31,052 bases of DNA, from positions 1 through 31,052 of the forward strand of contig JANQHR010000079.1 in assembly GCA_028282585.1 (NCBI GenBank), given 5' to 3'. This document shows, piece by piece, positions 1 through 10,222 of the stretch (the first letter of the stretch is position 1; each line of letters starts with the position of its first letter). The translations under genes and the position numbers were made by a program. The DNA is from Bacteroidales bacterium. Its GTDB lineage: Bacteria; Bacteroidota; Bacteroidia; Bacteroidales; UBA12077. The notes under the pieces are model-generated. The model saw only the letters and a program-made list of their open reading frames with translations, had not been told where the DNA came from and ran no database searches.

Positions 1-17
1 AAAAATTATAAAACAAA

Positions 18-49
18 AAATAACAGCAAGTTTAAACTTGCTGTTATTT
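18..49. terminator. Perfect 32-bp palindrome, probable intrinsic terminator of a gene outside the window
   Basis: AAATAACAGCAAGTTT|AAACTTGCTGTTATTT, flanked by A-rich and T-rich sequence. Confidence 0.6.
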
Positions 50-232
50 AAATATTTTTTATCCTTGTAAAAACTGTATCGTTTTTTTAGGACTAGTCAT
101 AATTTAGTATTGCCAAAAGTTTAAACATTATGTAATAAAACTTATATTTGTAATAATTATCTTCATATTGTAAAAGATAATTTAGAACGAAATAGAAGTT
201 TTTCTATTTTTGTTATTAAATAAAACTACTAT

Positions 233-628
233 ATGAGAAAGATTCTTTATCTGTTCATTGCCATTGTTTCGTTACAATTAGTCTCTACAAATTCATTTGC
301 ACAAAAAGATATTTTCATCAAAGAGTTTCAGTTTGAATTAAAAAAATTAAGTGCAAATCAGTATGAAAACGAGTATTTTCTTACGATTACATTAAATAAA
401 AATTCACTTTATAAATTTACCGTTTTAAACCATATTGGAGACTTTCCTGGCGAGGCTGTTGTACAAATCTTAGAAAATGATAATATTGTAGCAACTAATT
501 ATGTTAATGGGAAATATTATGAGAAGTTTATGTTTAAATGCACAAAGACGGGCTTCTATGATTTATTGATTCATTATGAGGATAATAAATTGGGATCATC
601 TCTTATAAAGTTGTTTTTAGTTCAATAA
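233..628 (+). CDS. Hypothetical exported protein with Sec signal peptide
   Basis: 131-aa ORF; N-terminus MRKILYLFIAIVSLQLVSTNSFA-Q fits an SPI signal with Q at +1, typical of Bacteroidota; TATTTTTG -7 box at 205-212; terminator downstream. Confidence 0.75.
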   Translation: MRKILYLFIAIVSLQLVSTNSFAQKDIFIKEFQFELKKLSANQYENEYFLTITLNKNSLYKFTVLNHIGDFPGEAVVQILENDNIVATNYVNGKYYEKFMFKCTKTGFYDLLIHYEDNKLGSSLIKLFLVQ

Positions 629-641
629 GGAAAATTAAAAA

Positions 642-671
642 ATAAAAGGCTGGAGTAACGCAGCCTTTTAT
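642..671. terminator. Bidirectional intrinsic terminator between ORF 233-628 and the convergent tRNA
   Basis: ATAAAAGGCTG-gagtaacg-CAGCCTTTTAT, 11-bp stem. Confidence 0.75.
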
Positions 672-677
672 GTGTTG

Positions 678-750
678 TGACCCAGGGAGGATTCGAACCC
701 CCAACCCTCAGAGCCGAAATCTGATATTCTATCCATTGAACTACTGGGCC
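678..750 (-). tRNA. tRNA-Arg (anticodon UCG)
   Basis: Reverse complement GGCCCAGTAGTTCAATGGATAGAATATCAGATTTCGGCTCTGAGGGTTGGGGGTTCGAATCCTCCCTGGGTCA: acceptor GGCCCAG/CTGGGTC, anticodon stem TCAGA/TCTGA with loop TT-TCG-GC, T-loop GTTCGAATC, A20 Arg identity element; CCA not encoded (followed by CAA). Confidence 0.96.
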
Positions 751-761
751 AAATTGTGGTG

Positions 762-769
762 CAAATGTA
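762..769 (-). promoter_or_regulatory. Bacteroidota sigma-A -7 box for the tRNA
   Basis: TACATTTG on the minus strand matches TAnnTTTG, just upstream of the tRNA 5' end. Confidence 0.65.
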
Positions 770-900
770 TAAAAATATTTTACAACTTCCTTTTTATAGG
801 CTTTTTCAATTCAAGTATTAATCAAATATGATAGCCAATTTTTGATAAACTTTTTCTAATTTCGCAATTTGAAAATAAAATCTTTTAATAACCAAGTATT

Positions 901-3663
901 ATGGAATATAATTTTAGAGAAATAGAAAAGAAGTGGCAAAAATATTGGGATGAAAATAAAACTTTCAAAGCAGAAGTAAATAAATCAAAACCTAAATATT
1001 ATGTACTAGATATGTTTCCTTATCCATCCGGAGCTGGATTGCATGTTGGTCACCCTTTAGGATACATTGCTTCTGATATATATTCCAGATACAAAAGATT
1101 AAAAGGATTCAATGTTTTACACCCAATGGGTTATGACGCTTTTGGTTTGCCAGCAGAACAATACGCAATTCAAACAGGTCAGCATCCTGCAATTACAACG
1201 GATAATAATATAAAACGGTATCGAGAGCAATTAAATAAAATAGGTTTTTCTTACGATTGGGATAGAGAAGTTAGAACGTGTGATCCTGAATATTATAAAT
1301 GGACTCAATGGGCATTTATTCAAATGTTTAAACATTATTATGATAATGTAACAGAAAGGGCGGAACCAATTGAGAAACTAATAAAAAGATTCGAGCAACA
1401 AGGATCAAAAAGTTTAAATGCAGTTTTTACTGAAGAATTGGAATTTACAGCCGAAGAATGGAATGGTTATAATGAGGCTAAAAAACAAGAGATTCTTTTA
1501 AATTATAGAATAGCATATTTAGCAGATACTATGGTTAACTGGTGTCCTGCATTAGGAACAGTTTTAGCAAACGATGAGGTTAAAGATGGTCTTTCAGAAA
1601 GAGGTGGTCACCCTGTGGAGCAAAAAATTATGAAACAATGGTCGCTAAGGGTTTCTGCATATGCAAATAGACTATTAGAAGGATTAAATGATATAGAATG
1701 GTCAGAATCTCTTACTGAAATGCAAAAGAACTGGATCGGAAAATCTGAAGGGGCCGAAGTATATTTTAAGACCGTTGATGGAGGAGTAGATATATTAATA
1801 TTTACTACACGCGCAGATACAATGTTTGGTGCAACTTTTATGGTGTTGGCTCCAGAAAGTCATTATGTTCCACTTGTTACAAGCGTAGACCAACAAGATG
1901 AGGTTGAGGCTTACCTCGAAGCTACTAAAAAACGTACTGAAAGAGAGCGTATGGCTGAAACAGGCAAAATAACAGGAGTATTTACTGGTTCTTATGCAAT
2001 AAATCCCTTTACAGGAAAGGAAATTCCAATTTGGATTAGCGATTATGTTTTGGCCGGTTATGGAACTGGAGCAATAATGGCTGTTCCTGCACATGATAGT
2101 CGAGATTATGCTTTTGCAAAACATTTTGATTTACCTATTGTATCTATAATTAAAGGCTCTGACGTTTCTAAAGAATCCTACGATGCTAAAGAAGGAAAAA
2201 TGGTAAATTCAGGTTTTTTAGATGGAATGGATGTAAAACAAGCAATACCTGCCGCCATCGAAGAAGTTGAGAAAATGCAAATTGGTAATCGCAAAGTTAA
2301 TTTTAGATTACGTGATGCGATTTTTGGTCGGCAAAGATATTGGGGTGAACCATTCCCCATTTATTATAAGGATGGAACTGCTTATCCATTAGAAGATAAG
2401 GATCTGCCACTTGAATTACCTGAAGTGGATAAATATTTACCTACAGAGGACGGACAGCCACCATTAGGAAGAGCCGAAAACTGGAAAACAAAAGATGGTT
2501 ATCCAATTGAGTTAAGTACTATGCCAGGATTTGCAGGCTCGTCAGCTTATTATATTCGTTATATGGATCCGCGAAATAATACTGAACTCGTTTCAAAAGA
2601 AGCAAATGAGTATTGGCGAGATGTGGATTTATACATAGGTGGTACGGAACATGCTACAGGCCACTTAATTTATTCGCGTTTTTGGAATAAGTTTTTATAT
2701 GATCTAGGAATAGTATGTGAAAAAGAACCGTTTAAAAAGTTGGTTAATCAGGGGATGATTCAAGGACGTTCCAATTATGTTTACAGAATAAATGGAACCA
2801 ATAAATTTATTTCATTAAACCTAAAAGATAAGCATGAAACTACTGAACTTCATGTTGATGTGAATGTTGTAAACAATGATATGCTGGATATTGAAGCTTT
2901 CAAAAAATGGAGGCCTGAATTCAATGATGCAGAATTTATCCTGGAAGACGGTAAATATATTTGTGGATGGGGAATTGAAAAAATGTCTAAGAGATATTAT
3001 AATGTTGTAAATCCGGATGATATTGCTGAAAAATACGGAGCTGATACTTTACGTATGTATGAAATGTTTTTAGGCCCGTTAGAAATGTCAAAACCTTGGG
3101 ATACTAATGGTATTGATGGTGTGCATAAATTCTTGCGTAAATTCTGGAGATTATTCCATGATGAGCAAAATAATTTTGCTATATCTGAAGAAAAAGCAAA
3201 CAACGATGAATTAAAAGTTTTACACAAAACTATCAAAAAGGTACAAGAGGATATTGAGCGTTTCTCTTTTAATACTTCTGTAAGTGCATTTATGATCTGC
3301 GTAAACGAATTGAATGACTTGAAATGTAATAAAAGGGAAATTCTTGAGCCATTAACCATACTTTTAACATCTTTTGCTCCGCATATTACAGAAGAGATAT
3401 GGCATTTGTGTGGAAATACAGAAAGTATTACTTATGCAGAATTTCCAAAGTGTGAAGAAAAATATTTAGTTGAAAGTACATTCGAATATCCTGTATCATT
3501 CAATGGCAAAATGAGATTTAAAATTAAATTGCCTATGGATATTGATGCGAAAACTGCAGAACAACAAGTTTTGGATCATGAAATGGCTCAGAAATGGATC
3601 GATGGAAAAACACCTAAGAAAGTTATTTTTGTTCCGAAAAAGATTATTAATATTGTGATATAA
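901..3663 (+). CDS. leuS: Leucine--tRNA ligase
   Basis: [14 protein letters not shown] (HIGH motif), CP1 editing motifs FTTRADT and [17 protein letters not shown] in place of KMSKS, C-terminal PVSFNGK...IINIV. Confidence 0.98.
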   Translation: MEYNFREIEKKWQKYWDENKTFKAEVNKSKPKYYVLDMFPYPSGAGLHVGHPLGYIASDIYSRYKRLKGFNVLHPMGYDAFGLPAEQYAIQTGQHPAITTDNNIKRYREQLNKIGFSYDWDREVRTCDPEYYKWTQWAFIQMFKHYYDNVTERAEPIEKLIKRFEQQGSKSLNAVFTEELEFTAEEWNGYNEAKKQEILLNYRIAYLADTMVNWCPALGTVLANDEVKDGLSERGGHPVEQKIMKQWSLRVSAYANRLLEGLNDIEWSESLTEMQKNWIGKSEGAEVYFKTVDGGVDILIFTTRADTMFGATFMVLAPESHYVPLVTSVDQQDEVEAYLEATKKRTERERMAETGKITGVFTGSYAINPFTGKEIPIWISDYVLAGYGTGAIMAVPAHDSRDYAFAKHFDLPIVSIIKGSDVSKESYDAKEGKMVNSGFLDGMDVKQAIPAAIEEVEKMQIGNRKVNFRLRDAIFGRQRYWGEPFPIYYKDGTAYPLEDKDLPLELPEVDKYLPTEDGQPPLGRAENWKTKDGYPIELSTMPGFAGSSAYYIRYMDPRNNTELVSKEANEYWRDVDLYIGGTEHATGHLIYSRFWNKFLYDLGIVCEKEPFKKLVNQGMIQGRSNYVYRINGTNKFISLNLKDKHETTELHVDVNVVNNDMLDIEAFKKWRPEFNDAEFILEDGKYICGWGIEKMSKRYYNVVNPDDIAEKYGADTLRMYEMFLGPLEMSKPWDTNGIDGVHKFLRKFWRLFHDEQNNFAISEEKANNDELKVLHKTIKKVQEDIERFSFNTSVSAFMICVNELNDLKCNKREILEPLTILLTSFAPHITEEIWHLCGNTESITYAEFPKCEEKYLVESTFEYPVSFNGKMRFKIKLPMDIDAKTAEQQVLDHEMAQKWIDGKTPKKVIFVPKKIINIVI

Positions 3664-3677
3664 TCAACACAACAGAA

Positions 3678-4532
3678 ATGAGTAAGTTTCTAAAGAGTTT
3701 AAAGGCCTATTCGATTATAACGTTGGGCCTTTTTATTAATGCCTTAGGATGGACAGCCTTTCTTATTCCGGCAGAGATTACTGGCGGTGGAATGACAGGT
3801 GTTGCTACCTTAATATTTTACGCCACAGGAGTTCCGGTCTGGATTCCATACCTAATTATAAATGTAGTTCTGATACTTATAAGTATTAAGGTTCTGGGCA
3901 GAAACTTTGGAGTAAAAACTGTTTATGCTACGCTGGTTTTAACTCTATTCTTTTCGATCCTGCAAAAGATAATTGTTGAACCAATAATTACTGAAGGTTT
4001 TATGTCTTCAGTAGTTGGAGGTATTATGGCTGGTGTAGGCGTTGGTATAGTTTTTAGCCAGGGTGGGAGCACCGGAGGGACTGATATTATAGCAATGATA
4101 ATTAATAAATACCGGAATATTAGTCCTGGTAAAATTATATTATATGCAGATGTTATAATTATATCATCATCATTTTTAATTTTTAAATCCATAGAAAAAA
4201 TTGTTTATGGTTATGTAACAATGGCGGTAACAGCATATGCAATTGATCTCGTTTTAACTGGTGCTAAAAGAACAGTTCAGTTATTTATATTTTCGAAAAT
4301 GTATGAAAAGATTGCGGAAAAAATTGCAATTGATGTGAATAGAGGTATAACAATGATTGATGGCAAAGGATGGTATTCTAAAAAGGAATCGAAGATATTG
4401 ATGGTTTTAGTTAAAAAGCAGGAATCCAATAATATATTGAGAATTATTAAAGAGATCGACCCCGATGCATTTATCTCGGTTAACAGTGTAATGGGGGTTT
4501 ATGGAAGAGGTTTTGATAGAATAAAAGTGTAA
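3678..4532 (+). CDS. YitT family membrane protein with C-terminal DUF2179-type domain
   Basis: Multiple TM helices, GGSTGGTDIIA motif, C-terminal RGIT..G.GWY and IDPDAF..V.GVYG.GF. Confidence 0.9.
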   Translation: MSKFLKSLKAYSIITLGLFINALGWTAFLIPAEITGGGMTGVATLIFYATGVPVWIPYLIINVVLILISIKVLGRNFGVKTVYATLVLTLFFSILQKIIVEPIITEGFMSSVVGGIMAGVGVGIVFSQGGSTGGTDIIAMIINKYRNISPGKIILYADVIIISSSFLIFKSIEKIVYGYVTMAVTAYAIDLVLTGAKRTVQLFIFSKMYEKIAEKIAIDVNRGITMIDGKGWYSKKESKILMVLVKKQESNNILRIIKEIDPDAFISVNSVMGVYGRGFDRIKV

Positions 4533-4585
4533 TTATTTGAAATTAAGCAATTTATTTTTTACATTCGACGTAAATATCTAGTAGT

Positions 4586-5842
4586 ATGCATATTAAAAAA
4601 ATATCAGTAGTAAGTATAATTGGCGCAATTGTAATTTTAATATCTCTTATTAAATCATCAGAAAGTAGAATAATTAGCAGAAATAAGAATATTTATGCTG
4701 TAGGAATTGACCAGAATATAGTTTACCATGATATTAAGAAGGAATTTGATATTACCTTAGATTCGTTTAATGTTGTTCAAAATCGGATACGACGTAATTA
4801 TAATTTGGCAAAATTGCTTTCTGACGCAGGATTGGAAAGTGATATTGTAAATAAAGCTACATTCAGGGCATCGGCAGTTTTTGATATTAGAAAAATTAAA
4901 GCTGGAAATCATTACCGCTTATATTTTACTAAGGATAGTTCTGAAACATTAAATTATTTCGTATACACCCATAGTCCGACTGAATATTTAAAGATATCGC
5001 TAGGTGGTGAACCATATGCTATTAAAGGAGAAAAAGAGATTACAAACGTTAGGAAATCATGCTCGGGTACGGTTTCATCATCTTTATGGGCAACAATGAT
5101 TGAAAATAACATAGATCCAATGATGGCTATAAGATTGTCTGAAATATATGCTTGGACTGTTGATTTTTTTGGTTTGGAGGAAGGCGATAAATTTAAAGTT
5201 GTGTACGATGAACAATATGTAGATAGTATTCCTATTGGTATTGGCGAAATTTATGCAGCAAGTTTTACTCATCGGGGAGAAGAGTTATTTGCTTATGAAT
5301 ATGAGCAGGACAACGTAAAAAGCTTTTTTGATGAAAATGGGAAAAGCCTAAGAAGACAATTCCTAAAAGCACCTTTAAGGTTCTCAAGAATTAGTTCGGG
5401 TTACTCAAACAGTAGAATGCATCCAATTCTGAAAATTAGAAGACCGCATAGAGGTGTGGATTATGCGGCACCTAGAGGAACTCCTATCTACTCAATTGGT
5501 GATGGAACTGTTATAGCAAAAGGTTATGGAAAAGCGGCAGGTTATTATATTAAGGTAAAACATAATAGTGTTTATACGTCCGGGTATAATCATTTATCTA
5601 AATATCCCAAGGGAATAAAGGTTGGTCAACGTGTAAAACAGGGGCAAATTGTAGGTTATGTGGGAAGTACAGGATATTCAACCGGACCACATCTTGATTT
5701 TAGAATATGGAAAAATGGATACCTTGTTAATCCCCTATCGATTAAGGCACCTCCTGTAAAACCAATTGCTGAAGAGGATTTGGAAAAGTATCGAATTGCA
5801 ATTGACGATTTAAAAAAGGAACTCGAAGCCGTTTCATTTTAA
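4586..5842 (+). CDS. M23 family (MepM-like) peptidoglycan DD-metalloendopeptidase
   Basis: N-terminal anchor; HRGVDYAAP (HxxxD), YNHLS, VKQGQIVGYVGSTGYSTGPHLDF. Confidence 0.92.
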   Translation: MHIKKISVVSIIGAIVILISLIKSSESRIISRNKNIYAVGIDQNIVYHDIKKEFDITLDSFNVVQNRIRRNYNLAKLLSDAGLESDIVNKATFRASAVFDIRKIKAGNHYRLYFTKDSSETLNYFVYTHSPTEYLKISLGGEPYAIKGEKEITNVRKSCSGTVSSSLWATMIENNIDPMMAIRLSEIYAWTVDFFGLEEGDKFKVVYDEQYVDSIPIGIGEIYAASFTHRGEELFAYEYEQDNVKSFFDENGKSLRRQFLKAPLRFSRISSGYSNSRMHPILKIRRPHRGVDYAAPRGTPIYSIGDGTVIAKGYGKAAGYYIKVKHNSVYTSGYNHLSKYPKGIKVGQRVKQGQIVGYVGSTGYSTGPHLDFRIWKNGYLVNPLSIKAPPVKPIAEEDLEKYRIAIDDLKKELEAVSF

Positions 5843-5899
5843 TTTGGCTTGGTATTTGTATCCTATTCCGTAAACATTCTAAAAAAGAACCTTAACAAC

Positions 5900-6595
5900 A
5901 TGAAAACAAGAAAATTAATTTTTTTCATTGGATTGGTTTTTATAATTTCTTCTTGCAGTCCTGAGTATGTTCCAAATATGGTCAATTCACCAATGTTTAC
6001 AAATGCAGGTGAATTTCAAGCATCTATCGCAACCGGAAATAGTGATTTTGATGCACAGACTGCGGTAGCCATTACAAATAATATTGGAATTATGCTAAAT
6101 GGGAGTTATGGAAATAATACCAATGATAGCACTGACGATTTTCATAAGCATGCTTTTATTGAAGCTGGAATTGGATATTATGAAAAGATTGGAGATAAAG
6201 GTCGTTATGAGATATTTGGAGGGTATGGTTTTGGAAAAGTAGAAGGATATTTTGAGGATGCTCTTTTTGATGAACAAATTACAGATGCAGAGTATAATCG
6301 GTTTTTTATTCAACCGGGAATTGGAATTGCAACTGGGATTTATGATGGAAGCTTTTCTCCTCGTTTCGTGTTGGTGCAAATGGATCCTAAAGGAACAAAC
6401 TTTCAAACTGGAAATTACAATGTATTTTTTGAGCCGGTTATTACTTCAAAAATAGGATATAAATACTTAAAATTTATTGCGCAGTTTGGAGTTTCTGTAC
6501 CAATGGGAGACGAACCTGTTAATTACGATCATCAACACTTTATATTTAATTTCGGACTCAATTTTAATATTGGTCGCAGATACTACGATTTTTGA
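5900..6595 (+). CDS. Hypothetical lipoprotein with outer-membrane beta-barrel-like sequence
   Basis: Preferred start is ATG 5900, giving MKTRKLIFFIGLVFIISSC with a lipobox Cys; alternating aromatic/Gly beta-strands (EAGIGYY, EIFGGYGFG, FIQPGIG, FNFGLNFNI). Confidence 0.75.
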   Translation: MKTRKLIFFIGLVFIISSCSPEYVPNMVNSPMFTNAGEFQASIATGNSDFDAQTAVAITNNIGIMLNGSYGNNTNDSTDDFHKHAFIEAGIGYYEKIGDKGRYEIFGGYGFGKVEGYFEDALFDEQITDAEYNRFFIQPGIGIATGIYDGSFSPRFVLVQMDPKGTNFQTGNYNVFFEPVITSKIGYKYLKFIAQFGVSVPMGDEPVNYDHQHFIFNFGLNFNIGRRYYDF

Positions 6596-7158
6596 TCTAA
6601 AAGAATATTTTCAATTATTACAGGAAAGTGTTCGTATTCAAGTTCGTGCACTTTTTTTGCAATATCTTCCGGAGTATCATTTTCACTAATAGGACATTTG
6701 GCTTGAAAAATAATATTGCCCTTATCATATTCATTATTAACAAAATGGATGGTAATTCCAGATTCAGTTTCATTATTTTTAGCTACGGCTTTGTGCACAT
6801 TCATTCCATACATTCCTTTTCCTCCATATTTTGGTAGTAAAGCAGGGTGAATGTTGATAATTCTATTGGGGTATTCATCAATTAAATATTCAGGAATTAA
6901 CCATAAAAAACCGGCTAAAACAATAAAATCTATTTCATTTTCTTTTAATGTTCTAAGTATATTTTGGTTATCGTAGAATTCAGTTCGAGAAAAAATATGG
7001 TATTTAATATTATGATTTTTAGCTCTTTCAAGTACGTATGCGTTTTTATTGTTCGAAAAAATGAATGAGATTTCAATTTTTTTATTTTCTTTGAAAAACT
7101 TTATTAGGTTCTCGGCATTTGTACCGGAACCGGAAGCAAATATTGCTATTTTGTTCAT
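6583..7158 (-). CDS. purN: Phosphoribosylglycinamide formyltransferase
   Basis: IAIFASGSGTN, VLAGFL, INIHPALLPKYGG, SGITIHFV..YDKG. Confidence 0.96.
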   Translation of the reverse strand: MNKIAIFASGSGTNAENLIKFFKENKKIEISFIFSNNKNAYVLERAKNHNIKYHIFSRTEFYDNQNILRTLKENEIDFIVLAGFLWLIPEYLIDEYPNRIINIHPALLPKYGGKGMYGMNVHKAVAKNNETESGITIHFVNNEYDKGNIIFQAKCPISENDTPEDIAKKVHELEYEHFPVIIENILLDQKS

Positions 7159-7250
7159 ATTTAGAATGTTATAAATTTTTAAGTCCTATAAAAAGGACTT
7201 TATAATATAAAAATTTAATGCAAAAATGGCTTTTAAAAACCAAAAAAAGC

Positions 7251-7258
7251 TATTTTTG
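7251..7258 (+). promoter_or_regulatory. Candidate sigma-A -7 box for the acpP-fabF-rnc operon
   Basis: TATTTTTG followed by CA in the purN/acpP divergent intergenic region. Confidence 0.45.
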
Positions 7259-7357
7259 CAACAAAAAAATTAAGAAATATTTTTGATTTATCACAGTTAA
7301 TTATATTTCTTTGCACTGTTAAAAAATAAACTTAATTATTAATCAAAATTAAAAATT

Positions 7358-7594
7358 ATGTCTGATACTGCATCAAGAGTAAAAGCTATTATCGTTGATA
7401 AGTTAGGAGTTGACGAAAACGAAGTTACACCAGAAGCTAGTTTTACTAACGACTTAGGTGCTGACTCTCTTGACACTGTTGAGTTAATTATGGAATTCGA
7501 AAAGGAATTCAATATTTCTATTCCGGATGATCAAGCTGAGACTATTAGTACTGTTGGTGATGCTATTAATTACATTGAAGAGCACGCTAAGTAA
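7358..7594 (+). CDS. acpP: Acyl carrier protein
   Basis: [14 protein letters not shown] with the phosphopantetheinylated Ser; 78 aa, acidic. Confidence 0.98.
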   Translation: MSDTASRVKAIIVDKLGVDENEVTPEASFTNDLGADSLDTVELIMEFEKEFNISIPDDQAETISTVGDAINYIEEHAK

Positions 7595-7634
7595 ATTTTA
7601 ATATCATTAAATCTTGTTTTAAATTTTATTTGTT

Positions 7635-8888
7635 ATGGAATTCAAACGTGTAGTTATTACGGGAATTGGAGCAATTACGCCTCTAGGAAACAATGTTGAG
7701 GAATATTGGAAGAACTTAATGGATGGAGTAAGTGGTTCTGTACCAATAACTCATTTTGATGCATCAAAATTTAAAACAAGATTTGCTTGTGAAGTAAAAA
7801 ATTTTGATCCGCTAGAACATTTTGATAGAAAAGAAGCTAGAAAATTGGATCTTTTTGCTCAGTTTGCAATGGTAGCAGCTGAGGAAGCTATGCAAGATTC
7901 TAAGATAGATTTAGAAGCTATCGATCATGATAGTGCTGGTGTTATTTGGGGATCAGGTATTGGTGGTATTAATACTTTTTTGGAAGAAGTAAGAAACTAT
8001 GTCAGTGGAGATGGAACACCACGATATAGTCCTTTCTTTATTCCTAAGATGATTTCGGATATTGCTTCTGGTCATATTTCTATGAAGTATAATTTCCGAG
8101 GTCCTAATTTTACTACGGTTTCTGCATGTGCATCATCAACTAACGCAATGATTGATGCATTAAATTACATTCGTTTAGGTAAAGCAAATATCATTTTAAC
8201 CGGAGGATCGGAAGCATCGATTAATGAAGCCGGAATGGGTGGATTTATTTCAATGCAAGCGGTTTCTACCAGAAATGATGAATACGAAACGGCATCTCGT
8301 CCTTTCTGTAACACCCGAGATGGATTTGTTATGGGAGAAGGAGGAGCAGCGCTAATTTTCGAAGAATTAGAACATGCTAAAAAGCGTGGTGCTAAAATTT
8401 ATGCCGAAGTTGCTGGAGGCGGTTTATCTGCCGACGCACATCACTTAACTGCACCACACCCTGAAGGATTAGGAGCCATGAATGTAATGAAAAATGCATT
8501 AAGTGATGCTAATATGCAACCGGAAGAAATTGATTATATCAATGTTCACGGTACGGCAACTCCTCTTGGAGATGTTGCTGAATTAAAAGGAATTAAAGAA
8601 GTTTTTGGTGAACATGCGTACAAATTGAACGTTAGTTCAACCAAATCGATGACAGGACACTTATTAGGTGCTGCCGGAGCAATTGAAACTTTAGCTGCAT
8701 TATGTGCTGTTGTTAACGGAGTAATTCCTCCAACAATTAACCATCAAGAAGTAGATCCAAATATTGATCCTAAGTTTAACTTAACATTCCATAAGTCTGA
8801 AAAGCGTGAAGTTAGAGCTGCTCTTAGTAATACATTCGGATTTGGTGGACATAATGCTTCGGTTATTGTTAAAAAATATACAGAATAA
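7635..8888 (+). CDS. fabF: 3-oxoacyl-ACP synthase II
   Basis: RVVITGIG, SACASS (catalytic Cys), NVHGTAT and GHLLGAAG (His pair), SNTFGFGGHN. Confidence 0.97.
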   Translation: MEFKRVVITGIGAITPLGNNVEEYWKNLMDGVSGSVPITHFDASKFKTRFACEVKNFDPLEHFDRKEARKLDLFAQFAMVAAEEAMQDSKIDLEAIDHDSAGVIWGSGIGGINTFLEEVRNYVSGDGTPRYSPFFIPKMISDIASGHISMKYNFRGPNFTTVSACASSTNAMIDALNYIRLGKANIILTGGSEASINEAGMGGFISMQAVSTRNDEYETASRPFCNTRDGFVMGEGGAALIFEELEHAKKRGAKIYAEVAGGGLSADAHHLTAPHPEGLGAMNVMKNALSDANMQPEEIDYINVHGTATPLGDVAELKGIKEVFGEHAYKLNVSSTKSMTGHLLGAAGAIETLAALCAVVNGVIPPTINHQEVDPNIDPKFNLTFHKSEKREVRAALSNTFGFGGHNASVIVKKYTE

Positions 8889-8894
8889 CATTTT

Positions 8895-9632
8895 GTGTTA
8901 ATAGGTTTACCTCCTGTAAAATATTATTTCTCAAAGGACAAGAGATTTTATAAACTGATTCATCAGCTTACAGGATTATATCCTTCAAATTTACAGGTAT
9001 TTAAGGTAGCATTTATCCATAAGTCTGCTTCTAAGAGTTTTGATAGAAAGAGACTTAATAACGAACGATTAGAGTTTTTGGGAGATGCTATTCTTGCTTC
9101 GATAGTTGCAGATTTCCTTTATGCATATTTTCCTTTTAAAAAGGAAGGATTTTTAACCAAAATGCGTGCAAGAATTGTAAGTCGAGATCAGCTAAATGAA
9201 ATTGCTTTAAAGATGGGACTACAGTTTCATATTGTAGCACAAAACAAAATAAATGGCACCAAGAATATTTATGGAAACGCCTTAGAAGCATTAATTGGAG
9301 CTGTTTATGTTGATAAAGGATACAAAAAAACCAAGAATTATGTTCTAAAAAAGGTTATCGAAAATAATATCGATTTATACAAATTGGCATTTACTGATTC
9401 TGATTATAAAAGTCAGGTTATTGAGTGGGCTCAAAAAAATAAACTCGAGATCAATTACGAGGATGAAGAAGTAGAAAGTACAGAACAAAATAGTTTATAC
9501 TTTACATCAGTAATTAAGTTAGATGACCATATTTTAGGAAGAGGCAAAGGTGCTTCAAAAAAGGAAGCACAACAAAGAGCATCTAAACAGGCTTTAGATA
9601 ATACAGAAGAGTTTACCCCGGTTTCTTCTTAA
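8895..9632 (+). CDS. rnc: Ribonuclease III
   Basis: NERLEFLGDAIL signature, GNALEALIGAVY, C-terminal dsRBD (G.G.SKKEAQQ.AS); GTG start is uncertain. Confidence 0.96.
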   Translation: MLIGLPPVKYYFSKDKRFYKLIHQLTGLYPSNLQVFKVAFIHKSASKSFDRKRLNNERLEFLGDAILASIVADFLYAYFPFKKEGFLTKMRARIVSRDQLNEIALKMGLQFHIVAQNKINGTKNIYGNALEALIGAVYVDKGYKKTKNYVLKKVIENNIDLYKLAFTDSDYKSQVIEWAQKNKLEINYEDEEVESTEQNSLYFTSVIKLDDHILGRGKGASKKEAQQRASKQALDNTEEFTPVSS

Positions 9633-9699
9633 CAAATCGTTGTTTCATTATTATAACTAATAATTTATTTCTATTTTAGTTCGCCTAAAGATTATAAAG

Positions 9700-10128
9700 G
9701 TGGCAAAGAAAAAAGTTCATAAACTGGTATTCGAATTTGATAATGACTTTATTTTAATAGGAATAGCTTCGCACGAAAATGATTATCGTTTAAGTTGGGC
9801 TATTAATAAATCGCTGAGCTTCGACCTCACTAAATGTGAAAATCTTACAATTAAACATCCAAAACATAAAATTGAGCTTAGTTATTCGATGTACAGTTTT
9901 TCCGATTCGAATAATTACATGAATTATCAATTGATCTCAAATAAATCGGAGCAAGGATTTTTATTGCCGGAGTTTAAAAATATTGATTTTCTTTTTCGCA
10001 TATCAGGGCATTCAGATTTGAGTTATATTAATGAACTGTTAGTACAAATAAAGAAAATTGATATTGTTATCACAGCATTTCCTATCGATGATCTTTCTGA
10101 GAGACAAAAAAAGCTTTTTGTATTTTAA
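9700..10128 (+). CDS. IPExxxVDY family protein (Bacteroidota conserved)
   Basis: LIGI....DYRL.W.IN and LLPEFKNIDF motif variant; usual position downstream of rnc. Confidence 0.8.
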   Translation: MAKKKVHKLVFEFDNDFILIGIASHENDYRLSWAINKSLSFDLTKCENLTIKHPKHKIELSYSMYSFSDSNNYMNYQLISNKSEQGFLLPEFKNIDFLFRISGHSDLSYINELLVQIKKIDIVITAFPIDDLSERQKKLFVF

Positions 10129-10144
10129 TAACTCCATAAAATCG

Positions 10145-10170
10145 AAAAGAGAGACGCCAGTCTCTCTTCC
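10145..10170 (-). terminator. Intrinsic terminator hairpin with its T-tract on the minus strand
   Basis: AAGAGAGAC-gcca-GTCTCTCTT (10147-10168); the minus strand reads GGAAGAGAGACTGGCGTCTCTCTTTTCG. Confidence 0.65.
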
Positions 10171-10222
10171 CTTAACCCTAAAATATAAACCTATGTGACA
10201 ATCTTTCTTGCATTCTCAATTG
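10145..10222 (-). ncRNA. Candidate ~75-80 nt small RNA divergent from rprX
   Basis: Minus-oriented terminator with no minus-strand gene upstream; ECF-like TAACC-N18-GTCTA element at 10253-10226; U-rich body CAUAGGUUUAUAUUUUAGGGUUAAG; 5' end is estimated. Confidence 0.35.

Noticed and set aside
1795-3359. Minus-strand ORFs inside leuS (1795-2124, 2178-2360, 2997-3359) and similar shadow ORFs in YitT, M23, rprXY, HAD, M3, AlkD, MCP, aspS and the repeat-protein gene
   Set aside because: Antisense or alternate-frame shadows of well-supported genes, with no motifs or start contexts
5684-5704. M23 motif GPHLDFR instead of GPHLHF, suggesting an inactive enzyme
   Set aside because: Asp can ligate zinc, and I recall this variant as frequent in Bacteroidota MepM-like proteins; HxxxD is intact
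7181-7200. Short hairpin AAGTCCT-ataaaa-AGGACTT in the purN leader as a riboswitch candidate
   Set aside because: Only 7 bp; the leader is too short and shows no purine, ZTP or THF riboswitch consensus
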